Positions 44,394-54,170 of a stretch of 64,000 bases of DNA are shown here, in pieces (positions within the stretch are counted from its first letter, which is position 1; every line of letters begins with the position of its first letter). The notes under the pieces are model-generated. The model was not told the DNA's origin, ran no database searches, and was given only the letters and a program-made list of their open reading frames with translations. The position numbers and the translations under genes are program-made. Source of the DNA: a virus (Duplodnaviria; Caudoviricetes); IMG/VR virus record IMGVR_UViG_3300010052_000154, positions 1 to 64,000 of that record. One strand, given 5' to 3'.

Positions 44394-45109
44394 GCGGCAA
44401 GGCGCTCCCGGCGCCAATGGGCGAGGAACTGCTCGCCGATGTATTTGCAGAAGGACGGCGGCACCGCCTCAGACATGCCCGCCATGCTGGCCCAGGGCAT
44501 GCCCATGAGCTGGCGCGCGAGCGCGGGGCGGTCTTCGCCGGGGAAGTCGACCGTGCGGCCGGTGCCCTTCCCGGTCCGATGGGCCTTGTCGCGGCAGCGC
44601 AAATGGCAGCCGTAGACGTTGGCGATCGGCAGGCCGCCGGCGCCGGGGTCCAGGGGTAGCTCCAGCGGGAAGCTGGTCTCGAAGTAGCGGGCGCGCTCAA
44701 GCACGTACCGCCGGCCGGCCGACGTCGTCATGCTGTTGCCGAACATCGTCCCGGTCAGGGCCACGGGGTTGATCAGGTGCCCGGCCCTTGCGACCGCCTC
44801 TACGTTCTCGATGACGTAGGGCACACCAGCAGCCTCAAGCAGCCGGCGCGTAGCCGGGATCAGGTTGAGATGGCGGCTCTTGTCGCTGTTCAGCGCCGTG
44901 CCGAACTGGCAGGGCGGCGAGGCGTGGATCAGGTCGAACTGGCGCAGGAAGCGGACGTCGAGCTTGAGGACATCAGCCACGACCGGCCCGAAGGGGTACC
45001 GCGTCCGGCGCTTGTGATCGACGCCGACAATGAGCGTCGCGCCGGCCTGGCGGTAGCCTTCGGCGGCGCCGCCCTCGCAGCAATAGAGGTCGAGAACGCT
45101 GAAGCTCAT
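44390..45109 (-). CDS. Phage C5-cytosine methyltransferase-like protein
   Basis: VLDLYCCEGGA, IHASPPCQ, YVIENV motifs. Confidence 0.85.
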   Translation of the reverse strand: MSFSVLDLYCCEGGAAEGYRQAGATLIVGVDHKRRTRYPFGPVVADVLKLDVRFLRQFDLIHASPPCQFGTALNSDKSRHLNLIPATRRLLEAAGVPYVIENVEAVARAGHLINPVALTGTMFGNSMTTSAGRRYVLERARYFETSFPLELPLDPGAGGLPIANVYGCHLRCRDKAHRTGKGTGRTVDFPGEDRPALARQLMGMPWASMAGMSEAVPPSFCKYIGEQFLAHWRRERLAA

Positions 45110-45375
45110 GCCTGCCCCCGGGTTCCGGGCATAAAGCCAGCCGGCAGGCATCGCCTGCACCACGCCGTCTGGCCCTCCCTGAAGGGCGCAGCCGCGCGAC
45201 AACCCTGGCAGGCGTCCTCGCCGCGGGTCGGCGCGCGCCAGGCGCGATCGATTGACAGATCGGCCGTTTCGGTTGTCACCCTGGCGGCCGCAGGGTGCGA
45301 AACCGGCGATGTCGGTTGACGGATCGGCGCTTTCGTCTGCGCCGGCATGTCGAAGAGGGTGGCCTGCTGGGTCAC
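45106..45375 (-). CDS. Hypothetical protein
   Basis: Overlapping start/stop junctions on both sides, two CxxC motifs. Confidence 0.5.
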   Translation of the reverse strand: MTQQATLFDMPAQTKAPIRQPTSPVSHPAAARVTTETADLSIDRAWRAPTRGEDACQGCRAAAPFREGQTAWCRRCLPAGFMPGTRGQA

Positions 45376-47888
45376 GCCGCCACCTCCCCGCTGTTCGAGC
45401 CCGCGTCCAGCAGGTCGAAGAGCGAGATCTGGCGCTGCTCGTTCTCCAACATCCGCAGGTATCGGACGCCGTCGGCGAAATAGTCTGCGTTCAGCTCGGT
45501 CCCAATGCCGCGCCGGCCGGCGGCGACTGCCCGCACCGGGACGGTGAAGATCCCGGCGAAGGGGTCGAACACGAGGTCGCCGGGGTTCGAGTAGAGCCGG
45601 ATCAGCCGGTCGACGAGGTCAATCTGCAGGGGGCAGACGTGCTTCTCGCGCCCGGCCATGGACTGCTCCTTGTTCAGGGTGTCCATCCGCAGGATATCGG
45701 TCCAGACGCCGCCAGCGGGCGATTCCAGTGCGAGCGCGGCATAGGTCTTCGGCAGGGCCCCGCGGTCGGCCAGTGCGTCGGCGGTGGCGACGTGCGCCTC
45801 ATGGTCATAGACCGCGGCGGCCGATTGAGCGCGGAAGGCCCGCTGCATCGCCTTCGGGGGCATGCCGGCCAGTTCGGCGGAGGTCAGTAGCCGGTCGCCG
45901 CTGGAGCGCCAGTACGCCGAGGCGTCGACCTGCCAGCGGCCCAGGCTGTAGTCCTCGGCCGACTTCACCACTCGGATGTCCGCGTAGCCGTTGGAGCGGT
46001 CGCTCTGCGGCTTGCGGAAGACCAGCACGTACTCCGGGGAGCCCGAGCCCATGCGCGAGGCGTCCTTCAGCATCTCGCTGTAGCCGAGGCGGTAGGTCTG
46101 GTTGTTCTCGCGGACGACGTCGGTCTCGATGGGCCGCACCGAGATGAGCTGGAAGCCGTGCTTGCGGTAGTGGGCGATGCAGTCGGCGTGGAACGGCTCG
46201 ACCGTCGGGAAACCCAACCCGGAGACGGCGCCGAAGATGATGCGGTCCTTGACGTGGACGCACATGTCGCGGCCGGGGCCCAGGATCCTGAACAGCTCCG
46301 GCGTCAGGTGGTCCATCTGCCGGAAGAAGGCGGCATTGTCCTCGTTGTGGCCGAAGTCGTTGTAGCTCTCGCAGTATTCGTACTGCGTGCCGAAGGGGAT
46401 CGACGTGACGATCAGCCCGACGTTGTCGCTTGGCATGCGCCGGGTCTCCTCGACGCAATCGTTGTGGATCGCGGTCCAGGACGTCCCCTGCTCCTGGCGG
46501 CGGTCGACACCGATCGTCCGGCGCATCTCGGTCAGGGCGTCGACGTGGTTGAGCCCGAAGCGGCGGATGATCTCGCTCATCCGGTCGCGGAGCTGGCGGT
46601 CGCGCTCCCACTTCGCCTCGAACTCGCGGCGGACCTCGCGCTCGGTTTCGGCGTAGATCATGTCGATGATGACCGGCCGCTCCTGGCCGAAGCGCTGGAG
46701 CCGGTGCCAGGCCTGCGCGACGTCACGGAACTTGAAGCCGATGCCGGCGAAGATGGCGCGGTGGCAGTGGCGCTGCAGGTTGCCGCCGGCGCCGAGCATC
46801 ACGGGCTTGGCCGCCAGGTCGGTGATCTTGCCCTCTTTGAAGCCGCGGACGATCTCCTCGCGCTCTTCCAGGTCCTGGCTGCCAAAGACGCTCGCCGCAG
46901 CGGGGATCGCCTTTTCAATGGCCCGGCGCTCGTCCTCGAGGTCGTGCCAGAGGATGAAGTGGTTCTCCGGCTCGGCCTCGCGCAGCTCCTTCATCTTGGC
47001 GATGCGGGTGGAGATGGTGTCGCGCTTCTCGCGGGCCGCCCCGGTGACGCCGACGGCGGCGTCGCGCATCAGGCGGAGCTGGCCGTTGGTTTCCGCGGTG
47101 TCGTCGCGCAGCTCGGCCGGCACCTCGTGCCAGCGGACTTCCATCTCCGGCAGGATGTAGCCATCGTCGCTGAAGCCGAGATCGGACGGGCGTTGCAGGA
47201 AGATCGCCCAGGTCGAGACCCACAGCCAGAACTCGGCCTCCTTGTGGGGGTAAAGCGTGAGATCGTTCGCCTTCTTGGGGTTTCGCTGGAACCAGCGCGT
47301 CAGGGCCTGGCCGGTGTCGCAGATCCCGAGGAAGCCGGCGTAGTGGATCAGCTCCTTGAGCCGGTTCGGCGACGGCATGGCCGTGGCCACGAACTTGTGG
47401 GCGACGCCGTCGAACGCCGGCAGGAACTCCTGGTAGGTCTTGGAGCCGAAGCTTCGAAGCACCTCGGCCTCGTCCAGGCTGGCACCACGGAACAGGCCTG
47501 GCGTGATCTTGCCGTCGCGCACGCTCTCGTAATTGGCGAGGTTGACCTGGCCGTCGCGGATCTCGGCGTCCGACCGGATGAAGGGGATGTCCATCCCCAG
47601 CTTCGCGGCGTCGTCGAAGAACTCCTGGCGCACGCCGAGCGGCGCCGTGATCAACGCCGGCCCGCCGGTGTGGCGGACGACCTGACGCATGACCTCAAGC
47701 TGCAGGCTGGTCTTGTGGAGACCGTAGGCCAGGAAGAAGGCCCGGCTGCCGCCGGCGAGGCCCCATTGCGCGATCCTGCGGACATGGGGCTTCAGCCACG
47801 GATGAAGGTCGGCTTCATCGACATGGAAGCCGGTCGAGGGGGCGGAGATCGCCTTCGCCTCAAGTAGTTGGCGGTAGGCGTCGGTCAC
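45372..47888 (-). CDS. SNF2-like helicase fused to an N4/N6 DNA methyltransferase
   Basis: Degenerate Walker motifs (AYGLHKT, LDEAE), then VTSIPF, HVCPLQ, VFDPFAGIFT. Confidence 0.88.
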   Translation of the reverse strand: MTDAYRQLLEAKAISAPSTGFHVDEADLHPWLKPHVRRIAQWGLAGGSRAFFLAYGLHKTSLQLEVMRQVVRHTGGPALITAPLGVRQEFFDDAAKLGMDIPFIRSDAEIRDGQVNLANYESVRDGKITPGLFRGASLDEAEVLRSFGSKTYQEFLPAFDGVAHKFVATAMPSPNRLKELIHYAGFLGICDTGQALTRWFQRNPKKANDLTLYPHKEAEFWLWVSTWAIFLQRPSDLGFSDDGYILPEMEVRWHEVPAELRDDTAETNGQLRLMRDAAVGVTGAAREKRDTISTRIAKMKELREAEPENHFILWHDLEDERRAIEKAIPAAASVFGSQDLEEREEIVRGFKEGKITDLAAKPVMLGAGGNLQRHCHRAIFAGIGFKFRDVAQAWHRLQRFGQERPVIIDMIYAETEREVRREFEAKWERDRQLRDRMSEIIRRFGLNHVDALTEMRRTIGVDRRQEQGTSWTAIHNDCVEETRRMPSDNVGLIVTSIPFGTQYEYCESYNDFGHNEDNAAFFRQMDHLTPELFRILGPGRDMCVHVKDRIIFGAVSGLGFPTVEPFHADCIAHYRKHGFQLISVRPIETDVVRENNQTYRLGYSEMLKDASRMGSGSPEYVLVFRKPQSDRSNGYADIRVVKSAEDYSLGRWQVDASAYWRSSGDRLLTSAELAGMPPKAMQRAFRAQSAAAVYDHEAHVATADALADRGALPKTYAALALESPAGGVWTDILRMDTLNKEQSMAGREKHVCPLQIDLVDRLIRLYSNPGDLVFDPFAGIFTVPVRAVAAGRRGIGTELNADYFADGVRYLRMLENEQRQISLFDLLDAGSNSGEVAA

Positions 47889-48121
47889 GCAGCATTCTCC
47901 TGGGGCGACCAGCAGAGCGGGACCGTCACCGCGAACCGGCGCGGCGAGTTGGGCTCTGCGAAATAGGTGACGGTGGCGACGAACCCTCGCTCGGGGGTAT
48001 GGGCGACGGTGGCGTTGGCCTCGAAGCGGCCGCCGCGGTCGGCGACGTGCTTGAGGCGCTCCTCACCGACGGCGGTGGCGGAGGCGCGGACTGCCTCGAC
48101 GGGGATGACCCAGGCCCTCAT
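47885..48121 (-). CDS. Small hypothetical protein
   Basis: ATGA-coupled 78 aa ORF. Confidence 0.5.
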   Translation of the reverse strand: MRAWVIPVEAVRASATAVGEERLKHVADRGGRFEANATVAHTPERGFVATVTYFAEPNSPRRFAVTVPLCWSPQENAA

Positions 48122-48909
48122 GCCGCGTCCTCCGCGGGGATGAGCCCGGCGACCGCCTTCCCCCAAGTCGGGAGATCGGCCTTGATCTGGTCGTAGTTGA
48201 CCGGGTGCTGCGCCTTGAAGTTCGGTTCGCCATGCGACAGCCAGCGACCGTCGCCGCCGGACTTCAGCCAGAACTGGGTCCATCGCGAAGGGTCGATCTT
48301 GAGCGCGCGGAAGTCCGCTCTAGTCACCCAGCCGCGCGTCTCCAGAATGACGGCGATCTTGATGGCTTTGATCTTCCACACGGTTAGCGCGACCGGCGAG
48401 GCGTGCCCGCCAGTGACGTCGGGAACGTAGTCTGGCAAGGGGTGCCGCGTGTCCGGGCAGCGCTCTGGCCAGCCGCGGGAATCGAGTTCACTGGCTTGGT
48501 CCCACGCGCGACGGCTCGGCAGCGCGGGAGTGAAATCGACGACGTCGACATAGACGTATTGGCCGTCGACGCGCTTCGGGGTCGCGCGGGTGAAGGCCTC
48601 GACAACTACGATACCGAGGTGGCGGGCCAGCGTCGCCATGCCGGTGACCGTTTTCTGCCGTGGCGCCAGAGCAGCGACGCAATCGGGGCCCGTGCCCCTC
48701 GTATAGGAATGCTCGCGGCTCAGGACCTGGCAAAGCACGGTGGCATTGAGCGAGAGCTTCGCCTCGACACCGATCTGGAAGCCATCTTCAGGGCGAACCA
48801 GCAGAACATCCCAACCAGCGGTCTCGGCATAGACGATCCATCCTGCCTTCTGCGCCCACGCCGTGAAGTCGGCGACGAGATCAGCTTCCGATTTCCAGGC
48901 CCCGCTCAT
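48118..48909 (-). CDS. Restriction-endonuclease-like (PD-D/ExK) protein
   Basis: WDVLLV...IGVEAKL motif. Confidence 0.6.
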   Translation of the reverse strand: MSGAWKSEADLVADFTAWAQKAGWIVYAETAGWDVLLVRPEDGFQIGVEAKLSLNATVLCQVLSREHSYTRGTGPDCVAALAPRQKTVTGMATLARHLGIVVVEAFTRATPKRVDGQYVYVDVVDFTPALPSRRAWDQASELDSRGWPERCPDTRHPLPDYVPDVTGGHASPVALTVWKIKAIKIAVILETRGWVTRADFRALKIDPSRWTQFWLKSGGDGRWLSHGEPNFKAQHPVNYDQIKADLPTWGKAVAGLIPAEDAA

Positions 48910-49229
48910 GCCGCATCCTTCCGAGCGAAGAGGGCCTCGGCATCGGCTGCGCCGCGTGGGCCGGGGGTGAAGGCCGGCGACAGATCGGTGGCCGCGCCGG
49001 CGAGCACGCCATGTGCGCGACCGATGTCACCGCGCTCTTCGACCACGCGGGAGAGGCGCCGGATCAGCGCCCGGCAAACCTCAATGACCAGCTCGCGGTC
49101 TTTGCCTTTCAGCACCGTGCGTAGGGCCAGGATGAAGCGATCGGCATAGCCGGCGGCCACCTCGCGCAGCATCTTCGCCTTGCGCTCGGCGGGGCCGCGG
49201 ATGCGCTGACTTTCGAAGCGCGGCGCCAT
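48906..49229 (-). CDS. Hypothetical protein
   Basis: Coupled ORF in the early operon. Confidence 0.55.
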   Translation of the reverse strand: MAPRFESQRIRGPAERKAKMLREVAAGYADRFILALRTVLKGKDRELVIEVCRALIRRLSRVVEERGDIGRAHGVLAGAATDLSPAFTPGPRGAADAEALFARKDAA

Positions 49230-49756
49230 CAGATGTACCGCCGCAGGCTGCGCGCAAGCTCGTTGCCGGTGGGCCGCCGCTTGCCGTTGTGGACGACAGG
49301 CTGAAAGGCGATCCTAGCGTGCTCGACGCAGTAGGGCCCGTCGTTGCGTCGCCGGCCGCACAAGGTGAAGTCGTCGGTCCCGGGCTCCCCTATCGGCCAC
49401 TTGCACATATGTGCGCCAAGGGTGGCCACGGTCGCGAGGCCGGGAACCTCCGGCGCCCGCGGCGTCTCTTGAATTGCGGGTTGCTGATCCGGCGCCAAAT
49501 CGGGGCGAGCCTGCCGTGAGGAAGGGTTGCTTCTCGCCTTCCGCTGCTTGGGCTCGCGCTCCTCGATCGGCACCCGCGTGGTCATCGGCCGCGATGGCCT
49601 CTCCCGGCCGGGGAGACCCAAACGGTGAACCTTTCCGATTATTGCGGACCGCGTTGAGCCTGGGATCTGCGCCTTGATCTCCGAGCAGCTCAGACCTTCG
49701 GCCCAGAGCTTCTTGAGCGTCTCGACGTTGTCGTCGTCGTTCCAATCTACGGCCAT
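49229..49756 (-). CDS. gcrA: GcrA cell-cycle regulator homolog
   Basis: W....VETLKKLWAEGLS.SEI...TRSAIIGKVHRLGL, CKWPIGEP...F.LCG...GPYCVEH, C-terminal NELARSLRRYI. Confidence 0.93.
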   Translation of the reverse strand: MAVDWNDDDNVETLKKLWAEGLSCSEIKAQIPGSTRSAIIGKVHRLGLPGRERPSRPMTTRVPIEEREPKQRKARSNPSSRQARPDLAPDQQPAIQETPRAPEVPGLATVATLGAHMCKWPIGEPGTDDFTLCGRRRNDGPYCVEHARIAFQPVVHNGKRRPTGNELARSLRRYI

Positions 49757-51213
49757 CAGCGTTGCTCCAGGCGGCGCGCCAGGTCGTCCGCATCGAGGTT
49801 GAAGAGGTTGGCCAGCTCGGCCACGGATTGGCCGGCGGCGTGGTACTTGCGGACCCAGCCGAGCACGCGCTCGGAGATCGGCTGGATGCGGATGCGCTGG
49901 ACGCCGCCGCCAAGACTTTCGAGGCGTGCTCCAGCAGGGAGCGCCCGTCCGCGAGGCGCGGGCCGTGGCTTTGGCGGCGGAGGTGGCGCAGGCGTTCGCA
50001 CCACCAAGGCGGGCGCCGGAGCCTGAGGAGCCGGTGACAGATCGGCCGCCGCCCTACGCTTCATCCCATGCTTGAGGAAGGCGATGGTCCGGTCGCGGCA
50101 CCGATCTGCCCAGCAGAGCGTGCACGTCGAGCAGGCGGCGGTGCTGTCCGCCTGCTGCGGGCACATGATGACGCCGGCCATCTCGACCGGCTTCCCGACG
50201 ACGATGGAGCGCTGGGGCCCTACAAGGGTGTGCGAGGTTCGGATCGCGAAGCGCGACCACATCGCATCGGTGAGGATCCTGATGGCCCGCGCGATCTTCC
50301 GCGTGCCTGGATCGACGTCGTCTTCGCGGCGGGCGGTGTAGCCGAAGACGTGGAGCTGCGGCAGCGCGGCCAGCAACTCCGCCCACATCAGGACGTACTC
50401 GACCGAGAAGAAGTCGCCGAGCGTGTGGAGGCGGATCAGCAGGCCGTCAGGATGCTCGCGCGCCTTCGTGAACACCTCGCCCCGCAGAGCCGCCATGAAC
50501 TCGCCGTCGACGCCGTGTCGCCGGGCATAGGGCATGGCGTTGCCGTAGCAGGACCGCCATTGCGCGCAGGACCGCGGACAGGTCGCTCGCTCCTCAAGCG
50601 TGAGGTGGAATAGCGGCCAGCCGGTGCGTTCGCCCTTCAGGACGGTCTTGCCGAGCTTGGCGTTGTTGTGGCCCGACACCAGGAACCGCGGGCTCTGGAG
50701 CGTGCCGACGACTCCATCGGTGAAGATGGAGTGGCCGTCGACGACCGCGGGGTGATCGGCTGCGAGGTCGACCACGCGCGACGGGTCGATCTCCGCGCTC
50801 GCGAACCGGGTGACTGAGGATCGGTGCTGCCTCACCTTCTCGGGGCGAATAGCGCTCGGCGCCGTCGCTTGGGCCGCAGGCGCGGCTGGCGCCGCATCGG
50901 GCACCTTGCCACCGTCGATGTAGGCCTGAACGACCCGGATCATCGCGTCGGTGACGCTGGATCGCTCAATAGAGCTGGGCGAGAGACGGTTCGGGCCACC
51001 TAGGCAGAACCGGCGCGCCGCGGCAGCGGCGGTCATCCTTCCGGCGCGGAATAGAGTCGCCGCGGCTAAGATTCGCACCTGGGTCGGATAGTCCTCGACC
51101 CGCTCAGCGAACTCGGCGCCGACGGCGATCCGCGCACCGGTCAAAGCGACCCCGATCAGCGGGGCGTTGGGGTCGGAGTTGTCCCAGGCCTGCGCGGCCG
51201 GCAAGGCGCTCAT
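49756..51213 (-). CDS. GP88-like Fe-S/radical-SAM-like protein with flanking HTH-like segments
   Basis: LTLEERATCPRSC....SCY, IRLHTLGDF, VFGYTA, CPQQ...CSTCTLCW. Confidence 0.7.
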   Translation of the reverse strand: MSALPAAQAWDNSDPNAPLIGVALTGARIAVGAEFAERVEDYPTQVRILAAATLFRAGRMTAAAAARRFCLGGPNRLSPSSIERSSVTDAMIRVVQAYIDGGKVPDAAPAAPAAQATAPSAIRPEKVRQHRSSVTRFASAEIDPSRVVDLAADHPAVVDGHSIFTDGVVGTLQSPRFLVSGHNNAKLGKTVLKGERTGWPLFHLTLEERATCPRSCAQWRSCYGNAMPYARRHGVDGEFMAALRGEVFTKAREHPDGLLIRLHTLGDFFSVEYVLMWAELLAALPQLHVFGYTARREDDVDPGTRKIARAIRILTDAMWSRFAIRTSHTLVGPQRSIVVGKPVEMAGVIMCPQQADSTAACSTCTLCWADRCRDRTIAFLKHGMKRRAAADLSPAPQAPAPALVVRTPAPPPPPKPRPAPRGRALPAGARLESLGGGVQRIRIQPISERVLGWVRKYHAAGQSVAELANLFNLDADDLARRLEQR

Positions 51214-51662
51214 GCGGCGCTCCGCTTTGCCAGATACGCGCGGGGCTTGCGGCCGAAAGCGGCCAGCCAGCGAAGGACCGTCCTCTCGGCATCTTCCGGA
51301 GAGCGCCACTCAGCAACCGCGACGCCGAGGGCGACGAGTTTCATCCGGTGATCGATCTGATCGCCAGAGAACTTGCCCCCGACCTCGCGCTTGACCTCAG
51401 CGCTCGCGAACTGGCCGTTGGGAAGCACGAACTGAAAATCGTGCCACCCGGGCTTGAGGCCCATGCGCTTCAGACGTTGCCCTGCAGGGCTGTAGCGATA
51501 GGTCTTTCCGGTGCGAGGGTCGGTTCGCTCGACCTGCTCGCGCTTCTCGCCTGCGGGAAAATGGGTCCAGGGCAAGTCTTCCGGCCACGCCAACTCGAGG
51601 TAGGCGGCGATCGCTTCATGCGGGCCGATCTCTTTCGCTGTTGACGTGGCCGGCCGACGCAT
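51210..51662 (-). CDS. VRR-NUC-like endonuclease
   Basis: WTHFPAGE...MGLKPGWHDFQF....AEVK. Confidence 0.75.
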   Translation of the reverse strand: MRRPATSTAKEIGPHEAIAAYLELAWPEDLPWTHFPAGEKREQVERTDPRTGKTYRYSPAGQRLKRMGLKPGWHDFQFVLPNGQFASAEVKREVGGKFSGDQIDHRMKLVALGVAVAEWRSPEDAERTVLRWLAAFGRKPRAYLAKRSAA

Positions 51663-52456
51663 TAGGCGGCCGCCTGATCGTTCGCCGGCTCATCGCTGTC
51701 GCGGCTTTCGACCACGGCTTTGCGGGTCGACTGCTGGGCCAGTTCGTCTTCGGAAGCCTCGAAGTCCTCGTCAGGCGCAGAGCGGTCCATGAAGGACGAG
51801 CGGGCCAGCTCGTCCGCCTTGTCGGCGATGACGTCCGGGTCCAGCGCGTCGTCGCCGTTGAGGTCGACGGCTTCCTGGCTGGCATCCGGCTCGCCCTCGC
51901 GCTGCTTCAGCTCCATGGCGGCGGCGACGCGCTCCTGCGTCTTGGCCTGGCCCTCGCGATAGCCGCGCATGATCGCCTGATGGAAGGCGGGCGGGTCGCC
52001 AGACTGGATCTCTTCCAGGTCCCCTCGCAGGCCACGGTGATAACCCTCGGCCTCCCAGGCCATCTCGTCGCGCGCCGCCGTCGGGGTTTCTTCACCAGGG
52101 AAGAGTTCGGGCTGTTGGCCATAGACAGGCTGGTTCAGCGCCAGCTTGTCGGTGGCGCGCATCTTCTCGTGCTCGACGAGCGTCCGGATCTTGGCGTCGC
52201 CGTCGGCGATTAGCCCTTCGAGGTACTTGCGGGTGTAGGCCCGCCCGAGGTCGATCTGCGCCTGATCGAAGCGGCTCGACAGTTCGTCCCGCTCTTCCTT
52301 CAGGTCGGCCTTGGCCTCCTCGACGGGCCCGTTGGCCTTCTCGACTGCGGCCCGCTGCATGCGGATCTGCGCGATGTGGTAGGTCAGGAGCGCCGCGTGC
52401 TCCTCCTTGCTTCGGACCTTGCCCACCTGCGGGCGCCCGCTTTTCGGATCGGCCAT
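51662..52456 (-). CDS. Hypothetical protein
   Basis: 264 aa coiled/acidic ORF, GGAG-like RBS. Confidence 0.65.
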   Translation of the reverse strand: MADPKSGRPQVGKVRSKEEHAALLTYHIAQIRMQRAAVEKANGPVEEAKADLKEERDELSSRFDQAQIDLGRAYTRKYLEGLIADGDAKIRTLVEHEKMRATDKLALNQPVYGQQPELFPGEETPTAARDEMAWEAEGYHRGLRGDLEEIQSGDPPAFHQAIMRGYREGQAKTQERVAAAMELKQREGEPDASQEAVDLNGDDALDPDVIADKADELARSSFMDRSAPDEDFEASEDELAQQSTRKAVVESRDSDEPANDQAAA

Positions 52457-52572
52457 GCGGCCCTCCCTGATCGGAGCCGCTCTTGACCCGGGGCCCTTCG
52501 GGTTGGGTGTGCGCTGGTCGCCCGATGAGCGACTAGCGATCACGTTCTGTTCTTGGATGGGCGCGCTCCGCC

Positions 52573-52980
52573 TCAGCGAGCGCGCGCCACTCCGTCAGTC
52601 GGCGCCAGAGGTTGCGCATCGCTGTCGCGATCGCCTCCCGCCTGGCGGCGATGTGCGCGAACACGCTCAAGCGCCTCCTCCAGTTCACGTTCTTCTTGGG
52701 AAAGCCGGGCGAGCACGGGCTCGATCTCCGGCGCGAAAACCGCGTCCCACAGGTCCTTGCCGAACCGGCGGACGATGGCGGCCAGGTGCAGCTCGCTCGG
52801 CCAGTGGCCCTCGAGCACGTTCTCCGCCGCCTTCACCGTCGAGCTCATGTCGGCGGCGAGGGCCTTGGCCTGGCCCGGCCCGCGGTACCGTCGGCGCAGG
52901 AAGTGCTTCAGGCGATCACGCGGTCGGTCTGTCGAGGCGTGGGGGAAATCTCCCATGCGACGTCGCTCCACATAGGTCAT
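52573..52980 (-). CDS. CII-like regulator
   Basis: HTH-like AKALAADM...VKAAENVLEG, located downstream of cro. Confidence 0.6.
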   Translation of the reverse strand: MTYVERRRMGDFPHASTDRPRDRLKHFLRRRYRGPGQAKALAADMSSTVKAAENVLEGHWPSELHLAAIVRRFGKDLWDAVFAPEIEPVLARLSQEERELEEALERVRAHRRQAGGDRDSDAQPLAPTDGVARAR

Positions 52981-53504
52981 GACTGGTCACGACCTTGCGG
53001 AACGGAGGCGCACACGCGGCGCGCAGCATGGAGAGAACCTGGGACGCCAAGTGCTTTGACGACGCCCTGCGCTGTTGGGACAGCGGAGAAGGCAGGGACG
53101 ACACGATCCGCCGCGCGCGCGAGCGTCAGGCGGTCAGATACTTCTGGGCGGCGCTCGGAATGCGCCGCCCGCATGATGTTGGGGAGGCGGCGGCATACGG
53201 GATCGCCGCCTCCCCTCCTCACGTGGCCATCCGTGCCGAGAGGCCGTGAGGATTTCAGGATCAGGAGGCCGGGGCGGCGCAATACGCTACGCGCGCCGCC
53301 CCGGCTGCACGCGCCAGACCGAGGGCTCGTTTTGGGGCGTGCAAAGGGTTGGCCCTCGGCGGGTGGAGGCTCGCCGAGGGCCGCGCGCACCGGCAGTCGG
53401 GGGCCAGGCCCGGGCGCGAAATGAGAATTGGGCGCCCCGCCGCGCGGATTGCGACGCGCGACGGGGCATGCTCCCGTGGAACTGGCGAGAGAAACCAGGG
53501 AGCA

Positions 53505-53747
53505 ATGGGGATGGATGTGGAGCTGGCCGGCCGGCTCGAAGCGCTGGAAGGCTTCGTCGCCATGCTGCTTCGGGATGGCATGACCCCCGAGCAGCTGACC
53601 GCCTACCGCACGGCGGGCCTGGTGGCACTTCAGAAGCGCGCCGAGGCCGGGTTGAGCGGCGCAGTGATGGACGCCCTGCTCTCTACCCAACTTCGGATCC
53701 TCGCAGATGCGCTTGACGGTCCCGCTCGAGGTCAACATCAAGTCTAG
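53505..53747 (+). CDS. Small hypothetical protein, antisense to the early operon
   Basis: AGGGAG RBS, amphipathic 80 aa ORF. Confidence 0.45.
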   Translation: MGMDVELAGRLEALEGFVAMLLRDGMTPEQLTAYRTAGLVALQKRAEAGLSGAVMDALLSTQLRILADALDGPARGQHQV

Positions 53748-53864
53748 CTTTGAGATGCGCCGCCATGCGGGCGCCGCGATCCACGCGCAGGGCAGCCAGC
53801 TCCTCCCGCACGATCTCGCGCAGGCGGGCCACTTGCTCCGGCGTGAACGCGCCCCCCGACATCG

Positions 53865-54077
53865 TCAGGCCGCCTCGCTCGGCGCGATCCGCGCCGCAGC
53901 CGCTTCGGCCAGCTCTTCAAGCGTGGCCAGGCCAGCGTCAGCGACGGCCTTCCAGTACCTGTCGGGGATGGCGCCGCGTCGTTCCCAGAACCGAACCTGC
54001 GACTTCGGCAGGTCGACCTTCTGGGCCACCGCTTGGTAGCCGCCAGCATCCTGGATGATTTGAAGGTGCGTTCGCAT
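53865..54077 (-). CDS. cro: Cro-like repressor
   Basis: 70 aa HTH (IIQDAGG..AVAQKV...QVRFW.RRGAIP), divergent from cI. Confidence 0.85.
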   Translation of the reverse strand: MRTHLQIIQDAGGYQAVAQKVDLPKSQVRFWERRGAIPDRYWKAVADAGLATLEELAEAAAARIAPSEAA

Positions 54078-54088
54078 GACGCGCATTC

Positions 54089-54170
54089 TGTGCATTACGC
54101 ACAGTCGCGCGTCAACTCAGATTGTGCCTCACGCACAGGGGTTCGGCGCCAAAATTGTGCAATGAGCACG
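54089..54170. promoter_or_regulatory. OR region: three 15-bp operators TGTGC-N5-GCACA plus PR
   Basis: 54089-54103 and 54123-54137 are perfect, 54156-54170 has one mismatch and covers the cI start. Minus-strand TTGACG at 54110-54115. Confidence 0.8.

Noticed and set aside
53028-53249. Plus-strand 73-aa ORF (MERTWDAKC...)
   Set aside because: There is no clear RBS or family motif. It may be real but cannot be supported from the sequence alone.
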